Below, piece after piece: positions 17,386 to 27,364 of a stretch of 32,000 nt of DNA (position 1 is its first letter; each line of letters begins with the position of its first letter). A program made the position numbers and the translations under genes. The notes below the pieces were generated by a model, which did no database searches, was not told the origin of the DNA, and was given only the letters and a program-made list of their open reading frames with translations. Source of the stretch: Pseudothioglobus sp. nBUS_23 (GTDB lineage: Bacteria; Pseudomonadota; Gammaproteobacteria; PS1; Pseudothioglobaceae); contig NZ_CP179200.1 of NCBI RefSeq assembly GCF_051201565.1, positions 1,110,001-1,142,000 of the forward strand. The letters run 5' to 3'.

Positions 17386-17407
17386 ATTTAACTACCCTAA
17401 TAATTTT

Positions 17408-18571
17408 ATGTCTAACTTAATGTCTAACTACTCTCCGCTTGATGTCACCTTTGTTAAGGGTGATGGTTGCTGGCTAACAGACTCAAACGGAGTGGAATAT
17501 CTTGATGCTTTATCTGGTATTGGGGTTGTCAACCTTGGTCATTGTCACCCAACAATAACAAAACAATTAGTAGATCAGTCACAGAAGCTACTGCATACTT
17601 CTAATGTTTATCGTATTGAAAACCAAGAGGAGCTAGCTAGAGAATTATGCAATTTGGCCAATATGGATAAAGTCTTTTTCTCTAATTCTGGAGCAGAAGC
17701 TAACGAGGCAGCAATTAAAATTGCAAGACTGTATGCGCGCAGCAAAAATATTGAAAATCCAGTCATCATAACTGCAAGTCAAAGCTTCCATGGCAGAACA
17801 ATGGCAACCTTGTCAGCGACGGGACAAGCCAAAGTTCAGGCAGGATTTTCTCCACTCATGAGTGAGTTTATTCATGTCAAGTATGACGATTTAGAAGGGA
17901 TTCAACAATTGAAAGGCAACAAGGACATAGTTGCTGTCATGGTTGAGCCGATTCAGGGAGAAGCTGGTGTAATCATTCCGAAAAGTGATTATCTCAATAA
18001 GGTCCAAGAGATTTGCAAAAAGAATGACTGGCTACTCATCTTAGATGGAGTTCAGTCTTGTATGGGAAGAACTGGAAAACTTTTTGCACACGAACATAAC
18101 GACATCACTCCAGACGTACTGTGTCTTGCTAAAGGACTTGGCAATGGTGTCCCAATTGGCGCTTGCCTTGCAAAAGGTGTTGCATCTGAAATGCTTACTC
18201 CAGGAACGCACGGGTCAACATTTGGTGGTAATCCGTTGGTTACTGCTGCAGCTTTGGGCGTCTTGGATGTATTTCAGAATACTGATGTGCTTGATAATGT
18301 CAATCAAATGAGCGCATACTTTAAATCAGAATTTGATAAACACTTGAGTAATAATCCTGCAGTCAAGGAAATTAGGATCAAGGGGCTTATGATTGGTATT
18401 GGTCTGGATAGCGACAAAGTGGATTGCACTCAACTTGTCAAAAAAGCACTTCAAGATAAACTACTCATCAACGTTACCGGAACCTCAATAAGAATGCTAC
18501 CCCCATTAATAATCTCTAAAAAGGAAATAGACACCTTGATCGGTAAACTTGTTACACTAATAGGTAATTAG
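17408..18571 (+). CDS. argD: Acetylornithine aminotransferase (class-III PLP aminotransferase)
   Basis: LMSNYSPLDVTFVKGDGCWLTDSNGVEYLD, SGAEANEAAIKIAR, DGVQSCMGRTGKLFA and the lysine-bearing LCLAKGLGNG are collinear with ArgD. It is immediately followed by argF. The ORF-track TTG start at 17372 lies inside the hairpin, so the ATG at 17408 was chosen. Confidence 0.9.
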   Translation: MSNLMSNYSPLDVTFVKGDGCWLTDSNGVEYLDALSGIGVVNLGHCHPTITKQLVDQSQKLLHTSNVYRIENQEELARELCNLANMDKVFFSNSGAEANEAAIKIARLYARSKNIENPVIITASQSFHGRTMATLSATGQAKVQAGFSPLMSEFIHVKYDDLEGIQQLKGNKDIVAVMVEPIQGEAGVIIPKSDYLNKVQEICKKNDWLLILDGVQSCMGRTGKLFAHEHNDITPDVLCLAKGLGNGVPIGACLAKGVASEMLTPGTHGSTFGGNPLVTAAALGVLDVFQNTDVLDNVNQMSAYFKSEFDKHLSNNPAVKEIRIKGLMIGIGLDSDKVDCTQLVKKALQDKLLINVTGTSIRMLPPLIISKKEIDTLIGKLVTLIGN

Positions 18572-18579
18572 GAATAATC

Positions 18580-19482
18580 ATGACAAAAAACTTTATTAAT
18601 TTTGATGATCTAAGCCATAAGGAATTACAAGGCATTATTGATCGCGCAATTACTTTAAAAAAAGAACATAAAAGTGGAAAGATAAATGACTCGCTAAACA
18701 ATAAAACTTTGGCAATGATTTTTGATAAATCTTCAACTAGAACCAGAGTCTCATTTGAAGCTGGAATGACTCAGCTTGGCGGTCAATCCCTATTTTTATC
18801 TGAAAAAGATATTCAACTAGGCAGGGGTGAGCCGATTACTGACAGCGCAATAGTCATTAGCTCTATGGTTGATGCAGTAATGCTCAGGCTTTCTTCTCAT
18901 GAAGACATTGTTGAATTCTCAAAGCATTCAAGTAAACCCGTTATTAACGCTCTCTCGGATGAATCACATCCGTGTCAAATTCTGGCCGACCTGATGACAT
19001 ATCAAGAGGAAAAGGGCTCTATTCAAGGTAAAAAAATTGCCTGGGTTGGGGATGGATGCAATGTTTGCCAGACCTATATGCAAGCAGCGTCGATATTTGA
19101 TTTTGAGTTATCAATTGCGACCCCAGTTGGCTATGAGCCCTCTGATCTTTTTATACAAAAATATCAAAAAAACGTTACTTTATTCAATAACCCTATGGAT
19201 GCATGCAGGGAGGCCGATATCGTTGTTACTGATGTTTGGACCAGCATGGGTCAAGAATCTGAAAAAAAACAGCGAGAAACTGCTTTTAGTGGCTTTCAGG
19301 TCAATCAGTTGATGATGAATCATGCAAAGAATGATGCTGTCTTTATGCATTGCCTTCCTGCCTACCGCGGCGTAGAGGTCAGCTCTGAGGTAATCGATGG
19401 GAGTCAGAGTGTTGTTTGGAGCGAGGCTGAGAACCGCCTTCATGTTCAAAAATCTCTGCTTCTTTACCTAATTGAGGCTTAA
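18580..19482 (+). CDS. argF: Ornithine carbamoyltransferase
   Basis: 300 aa with the carbamoyl-phosphate motif [10 protein letters not shown], plus HPCQILAD and the ornithine-site HCLPAYRG. Confidence 0.9.
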   Translation: MTKNFINFDDLSHKELQGIIDRAITLKKEHKSGKINDSLNNKTLAMIFDKSSTRTRVSFEAGMTQLGGQSLFLSEKDIQLGRGEPITDSAIVISSMVDAVMLRLSSHEDIVEFSKHSSKPVINALSDESHPCQILADLMTYQEEKGSIQGKKIAWVGDGCNVCQTYMQAASIFDFELSIATPVGYEPSDLFIQKYQKNVTLFNNPMDACREADIVVTDVWTSMGQESEKKQRETAFSGFQVNQLMMNHAKNDAVFMHCLPAYRGVEVSSEVIDGSQSVVWSEAENRLHVQKSLLLYLIEA

Positions 19483-20171
19483 TCTAGCTGAGATAATTTT
19501 AATTTGGCCTCTTGATAAAATTTGACACCTCTTTCAATCTTGCCTCTGCCTTTTGAGATGCGCCAGTTATTAGTATCTCTCAGAGAGTAAACGCATCCGC
19601 AGTACTCTTGTTGATAGAAATTTTCCTTTTTGGATATTTCTAGCATCCTAGATGAGCCGCCTTGTTTGCGCCAGTTAAAATCCCAATAAGGCAGATCATG
19701 AGGCTCTGACGACCTTGCACCAGAGTCGTTAATTTGCCTCATATCCTTCCACCTTGATATCCCAAGAGTTGAGGAAATAATATCAAAATTATTTTCAGAA
19801 GCGTACTGTGCAGTTTTTTGAAACCTCATATCAAAGCAAGTTGTACACCTTGCTCCTCTCTCTGGCTCATGCTCTTGCCCCTTGGTTCTAGCAAACCACT
19901 CATCACGATCATAGTCAGCATCAATAATTGGCATGCCTAATTTTTCAGCAAAACGAATATTCTCCTCTTTCCTGAGCTCATACTCATCAAAAGGATGAAT
20001 GTTAGGGTTATAGAAATATATCGTAGTATCAATTTCAGATGCTGCTAAGGCCTCCATAATTTCACCTGCGCAGGGCGCGCAGCATGAATGTAGTAAAAGC
20101 TTCTTTTCGCCGTTTGGGGTTTTTAACTTAGGCCTCTCATAGGAGTCATGAGAATAATCTACTTTAGACAT
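19479..20171 (-). CDS. queH: Epoxyqueuosine reductase QueH (DUF208)
   Basis: 230 aa with [27 protein letters not shown] and the C-terminal YCGCVYS cysteine cluster typical of QueH. Confidence 0.85.
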   Translation of the reverse strand: MSKVDYSHDSYERPKLKTPNGEKKLLLHSCCAPCAGEIMEALAASEIDTTIYFYNPNIHPFDEYELRKEENIRFAEKLGMPIIDADYDRDEWFARTKGQEHEPERGARCTTCFDMRFQKTAQYASENNFDIISSTLGISRWKDMRQINDSGARSSEPHDLPYWDFNWRKQGGSSRMLEISKKENFYQQEYCGCVYSLRDTNNWRISKGRGKIERGVKFYQEAKLKLSQLD

Positions 20172-20563
20172 GACTTGACCTTCTTTAAAATCTCCCAGGA
20201 ATCTCTCTTGAGTATTGGATTTTTGATTATTTCTTTAGGATGATGCGTCACAAATAAAGATTCACCTGTTACAGAAAGAGATGAGTCCATAATTAACATC
20301 AAATCCGAAGAGTGATCTTGTATAAAGAGATAAATATCAGATTTATCTATCGATATCAGATCACATTCATTTAAACTAAGGCCAATGGATGCCAACATTT
20401 TGAATAACAAATCTTGGCTAGCACCAGACTCACAAAACGAGTCCTCAGAGCTTACCTCAAGCACCAACAATTTAGCATTCTCTGTTGCTTCAGAGCCGAC
20501 AGAGGAATACAAAAAGTCCGGTATTCCAAGAGCCTCAAGATAATTGCTTCTATCTGGGCGCAT
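20159..20563 (-). CDS. Hypothetical protein, tentatively DNA polymerase III psi subunit (HolD)-like
   Basis: About 134 aa (E. coli HolD is 137 aa). There is weak collinear resemblance: [13 protein letters not shown] vs RRDWQLQQLGITQW, a hydrophobic strand (AKLLVLEV), [16 protein letters not shown] vs PLVSDVLRALTVSPDQ, and a C-terminal NP..K...W..L. Its ATG overlaps the leuA TGA (TGATG), and its 3' end overlaps the queH start by 13 nt. Confidence 0.4.
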   Translation of the reverse strand: MRPDRSNYLEALGIPDFLYSSVGSEATENAKLLVLEVSSEDSFCESGASQDLLFKMLASIGLSLNECDLISIDKSDIYLFIQDHSSDLMLIMDSSLSVTGESLFVTHHPKEIIKNPILKRDSWEILKKVKSCLK

Positions 20564-22095
20564 CAAATCTGAGGGTGAGCTCGTTCTACATTTGCCATAA
20601 CTTTATTGAGTGCATGTACGTATGCTTTAGCTGAAGAAGTGATAATATCGGTATCAACTCCCTGGCCATTAACAATCTTGCCCTCATGCTCAAGTCTGAC
20701 ATTCACCTCACCCAACGAGTCTGTTCCCTGAGTAACGTTCGAGACAGAGTAAAGCTGAAGTTTTGGCTCGATGTCGACTAATGACAAAATAGCATTAAAC
20801 GTGGCATCCACAGCGCCAGAGGTATTTGCTGAAGCACTATGCTCACTTCCGTTAATAGATAGAGTCACATCAGCTGTATTCACCTTGCCCGACTCTGCAG
20901 AAACCTTAAGTGATACTAGTTGGATGATTTCAGTATCCTCAGTTTGAGTTTCTGAGACTAATGCCTGAAGGTCCTCGTCAAAGATGTCATGTTTCTTATC
21001 GGCAAGCGTTTTAAACCTTGAGAAAGCATCGTTTAGATCCTCATCAGACTCAAACTCGACGCCCAGCTCACTCAGCCTAGATTTAAATGCGTTTCGACCA
21101 GAGTGCTTTCCTAGGACCAATGAATTATTATTCCACCCAACATCCTCTGCCTTCATAATTTCATAAGTCTCTCTGTGTTTAAGGACGCCGTCTTGATGAA
21201 TTCCTGCCTCATGAGCAAAAGCATTGGCACCAACGATCGCCTTATTAGGCTGAACCACAAAACCAGTAATTGAGGATACCAACCTAGAAGCAGCCAGAAT
21301 TCCTGTGGCATCTATATTTGTGTCACAACCAAAGACATCTTGTCTCGTTCTTACAGCCATTACTACCTCCTCTAAAGAGGTATTTCCAGCCCTTTCACCC
21401 AGACCATTAATGGTGCACTCAATTTGCCTTGCGCCATTAAGAACTGCTGATAGAGAATTAGAGACTGCCAGACCAAGATCATTATGGCAGTGCGCAGAGA
21501 AGATAGCTTTATCAGAGTTTGGAATTCTTTCAATAAGCTCTTTCATTGTCTTTCCAAACTGATGAGGAATATTGTATCCAACTGTATCAGGAATATTAAT
21601 GGTTGTAGCCCCTGAGTTGATAGCAGCTTCAATTATTCGACACAAAAAATCAATATCTGACCTTCCAGCATCTTCTGGACTGAATTCAATATTATCTGTA
21701 AATTTGGTGGCTCTCTTAACTGACCTAACTGCCTGATCAACAACTTCATCAGGGGTCATCCCCAGTTTCATCTTCATATGGATATCAGATGTCGCTATAA
21801 AAGTATGAATTCGAGCAGAATTTGCCTTTTTTATTGACTCTCCTGCTCTATCAATATCTTTATCTAGTGCTCTTGCTAAAGAGCAAATTGTAGAGTCTTT
21901 TACTGCTTTTGCAACAGCTTGAACTGCCTCAAAGTCTCCCTGAGAGGCTATAGCAAAACCCGCCTCAATGACATCTACCTTCATTTTCTCTAAGCTTTTG
22001 GCAATTCGAACCTTTTCATCTTTTGTCATAGATGCGCCAGGTGATTGCTCTCCATCTCTTAGAGTTGTATCAAATATTATTAGTTTTTCGGACAT
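20563..22095 (-). CDS. leuA: 2-isopropylmalate synthase
   Basis: 510 aa. [34 protein letters not shown] and a C-terminal LeuA dimerisation/regulatory domain are present. An AAGGAG RBS lies 6 nt upstream. Confidence 0.95.
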   Translation of the reverse strand: MSEKLIIFDTTLRDGEQSPGASMTKDEKVRIAKSLEKMKVDVIEAGFAIASQGDFEAVQAVAKAVKDSTICSLARALDKDIDRAGESIKKANSARIHTFIATSDIHMKMKLGMTPDEVVDQAVRSVKRATKFTDNIEFSPEDAGRSDIDFLCRIIEAAINSGATTINIPDTVGYNIPHQFGKTMKELIERIPNSDKAIFSAHCHNDLGLAVSNSLSAVLNGARQIECTINGLGERAGNTSLEEVVMAVRTRQDVFGCDTNIDATGILAASRLVSSITGFVVQPNKAIVGANAFAHEAGIHQDGVLKHRETYEIMKAEDVGWNNNSLVLGKHSGRNAFKSRLSELGVEFESDEDLNDAFSRFKTLADKKHDIFDEDLQALVSETQTEDTEIIQLVSLKVSAESGKVNTADVTLSINGSEHSASANTSGAVDATFNAILSLVDIEPKLQLYSVSNVTQGTDSLGEVNVRLEHEGKIVNGQGVDTDIITSSAKAYVHALNKVMANVERAHPQI

Positions 22096-22171
22096 CGCTA
22101 GCTCCTTTTATTTCTCACATTTTAACTTAGGTTTTATGGATAGACTTTCGTCTACTATGATTATTATTGCC

Positions 22172-22246
22172 TTACGGCAATAATCGTAACAAAGCAAAGA
22201 GCTTGCTCAGTGAAGTTAGTGTCAATAAATTAAGAAACTTATTCAT
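22172..22246 (-). promoter_or_regulatory. Candidate Leu-rich leader mini-ORF upstream of leuA (24 codons, 10 Leu)
   Basis: The minus strand reads ATG AAT AAG TTT CTT AAT TTA TTG ACA CTA ACT TCA CTG AGC AAG CTC TTT GCT TTG TTA CGA TTA TTG CCG TAA, giving MNKFLNLLTLTSLSKLFALLRLLP. Its stop codon sits in the loop of a 9-bp hairpin (22163-22184). A TATAAT (22260-22255) lies 8 nt upstream of the ATG. No SD and no U-tract terminator are present. Confidence 0.3.
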
Positions 22247-22276
22247 AGCGGTAGATTATAGAGGAACTTGAGCTGA

Positions 22277-23026
22277 TTAAGCTTGTTTTTTCTTTAGACG
22301 ATTTCTGTTCAGTCCAATGATGGTTATGACAGGACCCGACAATAAGTAAACAAAAAAGCCTGTAAAGAGAATAATGTTGGGCTTATACACCAAAATAATT
22401 AGGCTCAAAATTACTATTAATAGGAATCTAAATGAAGCTTTTTTAGAATCAAATTCTTTGAAGCTATAGTAGCGAATATTGCTCACCATTAATAGGCCAC
22501 ACAAAATTGTGATGCCCGCTCCTAGGTAATAGCCCATTGAAATTACATCTGAATCAAAAGACGCGAATGTCCATATTTTAAGCCAAATCATACTAGCTAT
22601 AACGCCAGCTGCTGCGGGAGAGGGAAGTCCCTGAAAATACCTCTTGTCGGCAGTACCAACCTGAGTATTAAATCTTGCAAGCCTAAGAGCAGCACAAGCC
22701 AAATATACAAAGGCTGCCAGCCAGCCAAACCTGCCAAGTTCATATAGAGTCCACTGATAGACAAGTAGAGCTGGAGCTAAGCCAAATGACACTAAATCAG
22801 CCAGTGAGTCATATTCAGCACCAAAGGCGCTCTGAGTATTTGTAAGGCGAGCAACCCGCCCATCAAGGGTGTCCCACATCATGGCAATCAAAATTGAGAT
22901 TGCAGCTATTGTGAAATCACCATTAATTGAAGAAATAATTGAATAAAAACCAGCAAACATGCCAAACGTTGTTAGAACGCTTGGCAGAAGATAAATTCCT
23001 CTTTTGCTTGGTATTTTCTCAGTCAT
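22277..23026 (-). CDS. pssA: CDP-diacylglycerol--serine O-phosphatidyltransferase (CDP-alcohol phosphatidyltransferase type)
   Basis: 249 aa, multi-TM, with the D-G-x2-A-R-x8-G-x3-D-x3-D motif in DTLDGRVARLTNTQSAFGAEYDSLADLVS. It holds the conserved position between ilvC and leuA. Confidence 0.9.
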   Translation of the reverse strand: MTEKIPSKRGIYLLPSVLTTFGMFAGFYSIISSINGDFTIAAISILIAMMWDTLDGRVARLTNTQSAFGAEYDSLADLVSFGLAPALLVYQWTLYELGRFGWLAAFVYLACAALRLARFNTQVGTADKRYFQGLPSPAAAGVIASMIWLKIWTFASFDSDVISMGYYLGAGITILCGLLMVSNIRYYSFKEFDSKKASFRFLLIVILSLIILVYKPNIILFTGFFVYLLSGPVITIIGLNRNRLKKKQA

Positions 23027-23063
23027 TACTTTTAAGTTTCAAAGCAGACCAGGTCAGTTTGAA

Positions 23064-24083
<1,020 letters not shown>

Positions 24084-24569
24084 TTATATTAATTTTTTTC
24101 CTCTTGAAATCCCAGTTACTCCCGTTCTTGAGATTTCAATAATATTTGATGGCTCTATTGCATCCAAAAATGCATTAATCTTCTTGGTCTTTCCTGATAC
24201 CTCAATCGTGTAGATCTTGTCTTTAACATCAACAACTTTACAGCCAAAAATTTCCACTAGCTCTTTTAAATCAACACCCTCTTTTGAGGTTGAAGAAATC
24301 TTAGCAAGCATCAGCTCTCTCTCGACGTGATCTTGGCTAGTCAAGTCAGTCACTTTAACAACCTCTATTAGTTTGTTGAGCTGTTTGACGATTTGCTCTA
24401 ACACTCTCTCACTCCCAGAAGAGACTATAGTCATCCTTGAGAGAGTTGGATCAGTAGTTTGCGCAACGGTCAGTGATTCGATATTAAAGCCACGCTGAGT
24501 AAAGAGTCCAGAGACTCTTGAGAGTGCTCCAGCCTCATCTTCTAATATAACTGAAATAATATGTCTCAT
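24084..24569 (-). CDS. ilvH: Acetolactate synthase small (regulatory) subunit
   Basis: 161 aa with an ACT domain (HIISVILEDEAGALSRVSGLFTQRGFNIESLTV). It starts 3 nt after the large-subunit stop. Confidence 0.9.
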   Translation of the reverse strand: MRHIISVILEDEAGALSRVSGLFTQRGFNIESLTVAQTTDPTLSRMTIVSSGSERVLEQIVKQLNKLIEVVKVTDLTSQDHVERELMLAKISSTSKEGVDLKELVEIFGCKVVDVKDKIYTIEVSGKTKKINAFLDAIEPSNIIEISRTGVTGISRGKKLI

Positions 24570-24572
24570 AAT

Positions 24573-26306
24573 CTATACCGCGTTAAAGTCTGTTTCATCT
24601 TTGGATACCATCTCATCCCTTCCTGCAAGAAGCATATCGCAGTGCGCGCCACCTGCTGGAATCATTGGAAATACATTTTCTGATGGATCAGTAATGATAT
24701 CTAGAAAAACGGTACGATCTTTTTGTTTAAACGCCTCTATTAAAGCTGGCTTAAGATCTTCCTCTTTGTCAACCTTGATTCCCAAATGACCATAGCTCTC
24801 AGCTAACTTAATGAAGTCAGGCAAAGCATCCATGTAGGACATTGCATATCGCTTTTCATAGAAAAACTCTTGCCACTGTCTAACCATTCCAAGATAGCCG
24901 TTATTGAGGTTAATAATTTTTACTGGGGTGGCATATTGGAGCATAGTTGAAAGCTCCTGGAGCATCATTTGAATGCTTCCCTCACCTGTAACACAAGCGA
25001 TATCTTTTTCTGGCATTGCCAGTTTAGCGCCCATGGCAGCTGGAAGACCAAAACCCATTGTTCCAAGACCACCTGAGTTAATCCATTGTCTTGGTTCATC
25101 AAACAAGTAGTATTGCGCAGCCCACATTTGATGCTGCCCAACATCAGACGTTACAATGGCCTTACCTTCAGTGACCTCGTACAATGCCTCAATAACTGAC
25201 TGCGGCTTAATGACGCCAGGTGATTTTTTATAGGCTAACGAGTCAACCTTTCTCCACTCTTCAATTTGCGACCACCATTTAGAAATGTCAGATAAATCTT
25301 TATCTTTTAGTTCAGAGATAAGTGCCTGCAAAACTTGGGCAGTTTGCCCAACTATTGGAATATCGGCAACCACATTTTTAGAAATCTGTGATGGGTCAAT
25401 ATCAATATGAATAAACTTAGCTGTAGGACAAAATTTTGCTAGGTTGCCTGTAATCCTGTCATCGAATCTTGCGCCAATGGCAACTACGCAATCAGAACCA
25501 TGCATTGCCATGTTGGCTTCATAGGTTCCATGCATGCCTAGCATACCAAGAGACTGTTTATCTGTCATTGGATATGCACCAAGCCCCATCAATGTTTGAG
25601 TAATTGGAAATCCAAGCATTCTTGTAAACTCTCTGAGCTCTTCAGACGCATTTCCAATGACACATCCTCCACCTGCATAAAGGATCGGTTTTTTTGATTT
25701 TGTAATGAGCTCTGCCGCTTTTCTAATTTGACGATTACTCGGCTTAGTTGTGGGCTTATAAGAGCGTATCTCTATTGACTCTGGATACTCCTCTTGCTCC
25801 ATTTTGGCAATGGTAATGTCCTTAGGTATATCAATGACAACAGGACCTGGCCTTCCAGTAGTCGCTATATGGAAAGCTTTTTTGACAGTAGTGGCAATAT
25901 CCTTAATATCTCTTACAAGAAAATTATGCTTCACACATGAACGCGTAATTCCTGTAGCGTCAACCTCCTGAAAAGCATCCATACCTATCAGCGGTGAAGG
26001 AACTTGACCCGATATTACTACCATAGGTATTGAGTCCATATGAGCGGTTGCGATACCTGTGACAGCATTCGTAATTCCGGGTCCTGATGTAACCAAAACG
26101 ACACCTGGCTTTCCATTAGCTCTAGCATAACCATCAGCACCATGAGCAGCGCCCTGCTCGTGACGAACTAATACATGAGTAATCTTATCCTGAGCCTCTA
26201 TCGCATCATAAATATGAAGGACAGCGCCGCCTGGGTATCCAAAAACGTGATCAACGCCCTCTTTCTGAAGACAATCTACTAGGATTTCAGCACCATTTAA
26301 TTCCAT
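24573..26306 (-). CDS. ilvI: Acetolactate synthase large (catalytic) subunit
   Basis: About 577 aa. LNGAEILVDCLQKEGVDHVFGYPGGAVL, a ThDP motif (GEGSIQMMLQELST...NLNNGYLGMVRQWQ) and an FAD-binding middle domain are present. The start is ATG 26306 (GTG 26309 is an alternative). Confidence 0.95.
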   Translation of the reverse strand: MELNGAEILVDCLQKEGVDHVFGYPGGAVLHIYDAIEAQDKITHVLVRHEQGAAHGADGYARANGKPGVVLVTSGPGITNAVTGIATAHMDSIPMVVISGQVPSPLIGMDAFQEVDATGITRSCVKHNFLVRDIKDIATTVKKAFHIATTGRPGPVVIDIPKDITIAKMEQEEYPESIEIRSYKPTTKPSNRQIRKAAELITKSKKPILYAGGGCVIGNASEELREFTRMLGFPITQTLMGLGAYPMTDKQSLGMLGMHGTYEANMAMHGSDCVVAIGARFDDRITGNLAKFCPTAKFIHIDIDPSQISKNVVADIPIVGQTAQVLQALISELKDKDLSDISKWWSQIEEWRKVDSLAYKKSPGVIKPQSVIEALYEVTEGKAIVTSDVGQHQMWAAQYYLFDEPRQWINSGGLGTMGFGLPAAMGAKLAMPEKDIACVTGEGSIQMMLQELSTMLQYATPVKIINLNNGYLGMVRQWQEFFYEKRYAMSYMDALPDFIKLAESYGHLGIKVDKEEDLKPALIEAFKQKDRTVFLDIITDPSENVFPMIPAGGAHCDMLLAGRDEMVSKDETDFNAV

Positions 26307-26449
26307 CACTTAATACGGTAATTTAAAAGTTTTCGATTATACCCAAAGAATTTGGGGTCAAAACACTTCGTTGGATGCAAAATTTGCTTTAAAAACAGGC
26401 TACAAGAAGGCAAGCTTAGGATTATTTATTTTTAAAAATTAAGTCTAAC

Positions 26450-27361
26450 TTATAGATCATTTTGCCAATCTTCTGAATAGAATTGTATTGGCGAATCACT
26501 CTCCTCAAAAGTTTCAATACTGAAAGCTTTTGGCTGAGATAGAATGGCAGATAAAAGTTGGTCATTAAGCATGTGACCAGTCCTGAAACCTTCATAGTGC
26601 CCAATAACGTTACCCCCTAAAAGAAACAGATCACCAACAATATCTAAAATTTTGTGTTTCACAAATTCATTGTGATAGCGCATACCATCCTCATTCAGGA
26701 TGTCGTCATCTGAGAGAGCAATTGCATTATCAATGCTAGCACCAAGAGCAAGGTTTTGTTTTTGAAGCATCTCAACATCTCTCTCGTAACCAAATGTTCT
26801 GGCTCGGGATATTTCTTTTAAATAAGATTGCTCAGAAAAATCAATGGTAAGTTGTTGCCCACTTTCTTTTATTTTTTTGTGTTCAAAATCAATTTCTAAT
26901 GAAACTTTAAAGCCATTGTGTGGAGAGACTTGTGCCCATGACTCACCATTTTCTACTCTAATTTTATCTTTAATCACGATAAATCTTTTGGGCGCTTCTT
27001 GCTCCTCTATTCCGGCCGATTGAACTAGGAAAACAAATGGCGCAGATGAGCCGTCCATGATAGGCACCTCAAATGAGTCGAGTTCAACTAACAAATTATC
27101 AACTCCTAGTGCTGAGAGGGCTGACATAAGGTGCTCAATTGTTGAAACCTTTACCCCTTGATTTTCTAGTCCAGTAGATAAAACCACCTCATTGACGAAT
27201 GCGCTATGTGCATGAACCTGTCTGCCTCCAGCATCCAGTCTTTTAAAAACAACGCCATGATCAGTTGCAGCAGGGATTAAGGTTAAGTTAACAACTTTCC
27301 CACTATGAATCCCAACACCACGCGCTTTGACCGTTTTCTTAATTGTTCTTTGTTTGACCAT
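26450..27361 (-). CDS. lpxC: UDP-3-O-acyl-N-acetylglucosamine deacetylase
   Basis: 303 aa. [48 protein letters not shown] and [14 protein letters not shown] (zinc/active-site regions) are present. Confidence 0.95.
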   Translation of the reverse strand: MVKQRTIKKTVKARGVGIHSGKVVNLTLIPAATDHGVVFKRLDAGGRQVHAHSAFVNEVVLSTGLENQGVKVSTIEHLMSALSALGVDNLLVELDSFEVPIMDGSSAPFVFLVQSAGIEEQEAPKRFIVIKDKIRVENGESWAQVSPHNGFKVSLEIDFEHKKIKESGQQLTIDFSEQSYLKEISRARTFGYERDVEMLQKQNLALGASIDNAIALSDDDILNEDGMRYHNEFVKHKILDIVGDLFLLGGNVIGHYEGFRTGHMLNDQLLSAILSQPKAFSIETFEESDSPIQFYSEDWQNDL

Positions 27362-27364
27362 AAT

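Noticed and set aside
17408-17428. Direct repeat ATGTCTAAC-tta-ATGTCTAAC at the argD 5' end (MSNLMSN)
   Set aside because: It is a tiny 9-nt duplication giving two in-frame ATGs. It only affects start-codon choice and has no evident regulatory meaning.
26336-26361. TTGACC...TATAAT pair and a small CCCAAA-gaa-TTTGGG hairpin upstream of ilvI (candidate ilvI promoter, lpxC terminator or ilv attenuator)
   Set aside because: The hexamers are separated by only 14 nt, which is too short for a standard sigma-70 promoter. The hairpin is 6 bp with a 3-nt loop and no U-tract. No Ile/Val/Leu-rich leader ORF exists in 26310-26449. The TATAAT may still serve as a -10, but I cannot support a specific call.
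26422-26604. 60-aa minus-strand ORF overlapping the 3' end of lpxC in another frame
   Set aside because: It overlaps conserved lpxC coding sequence for most of its length and has no family resemblance. It is most likely a chance ORF in AT-rich sequence.
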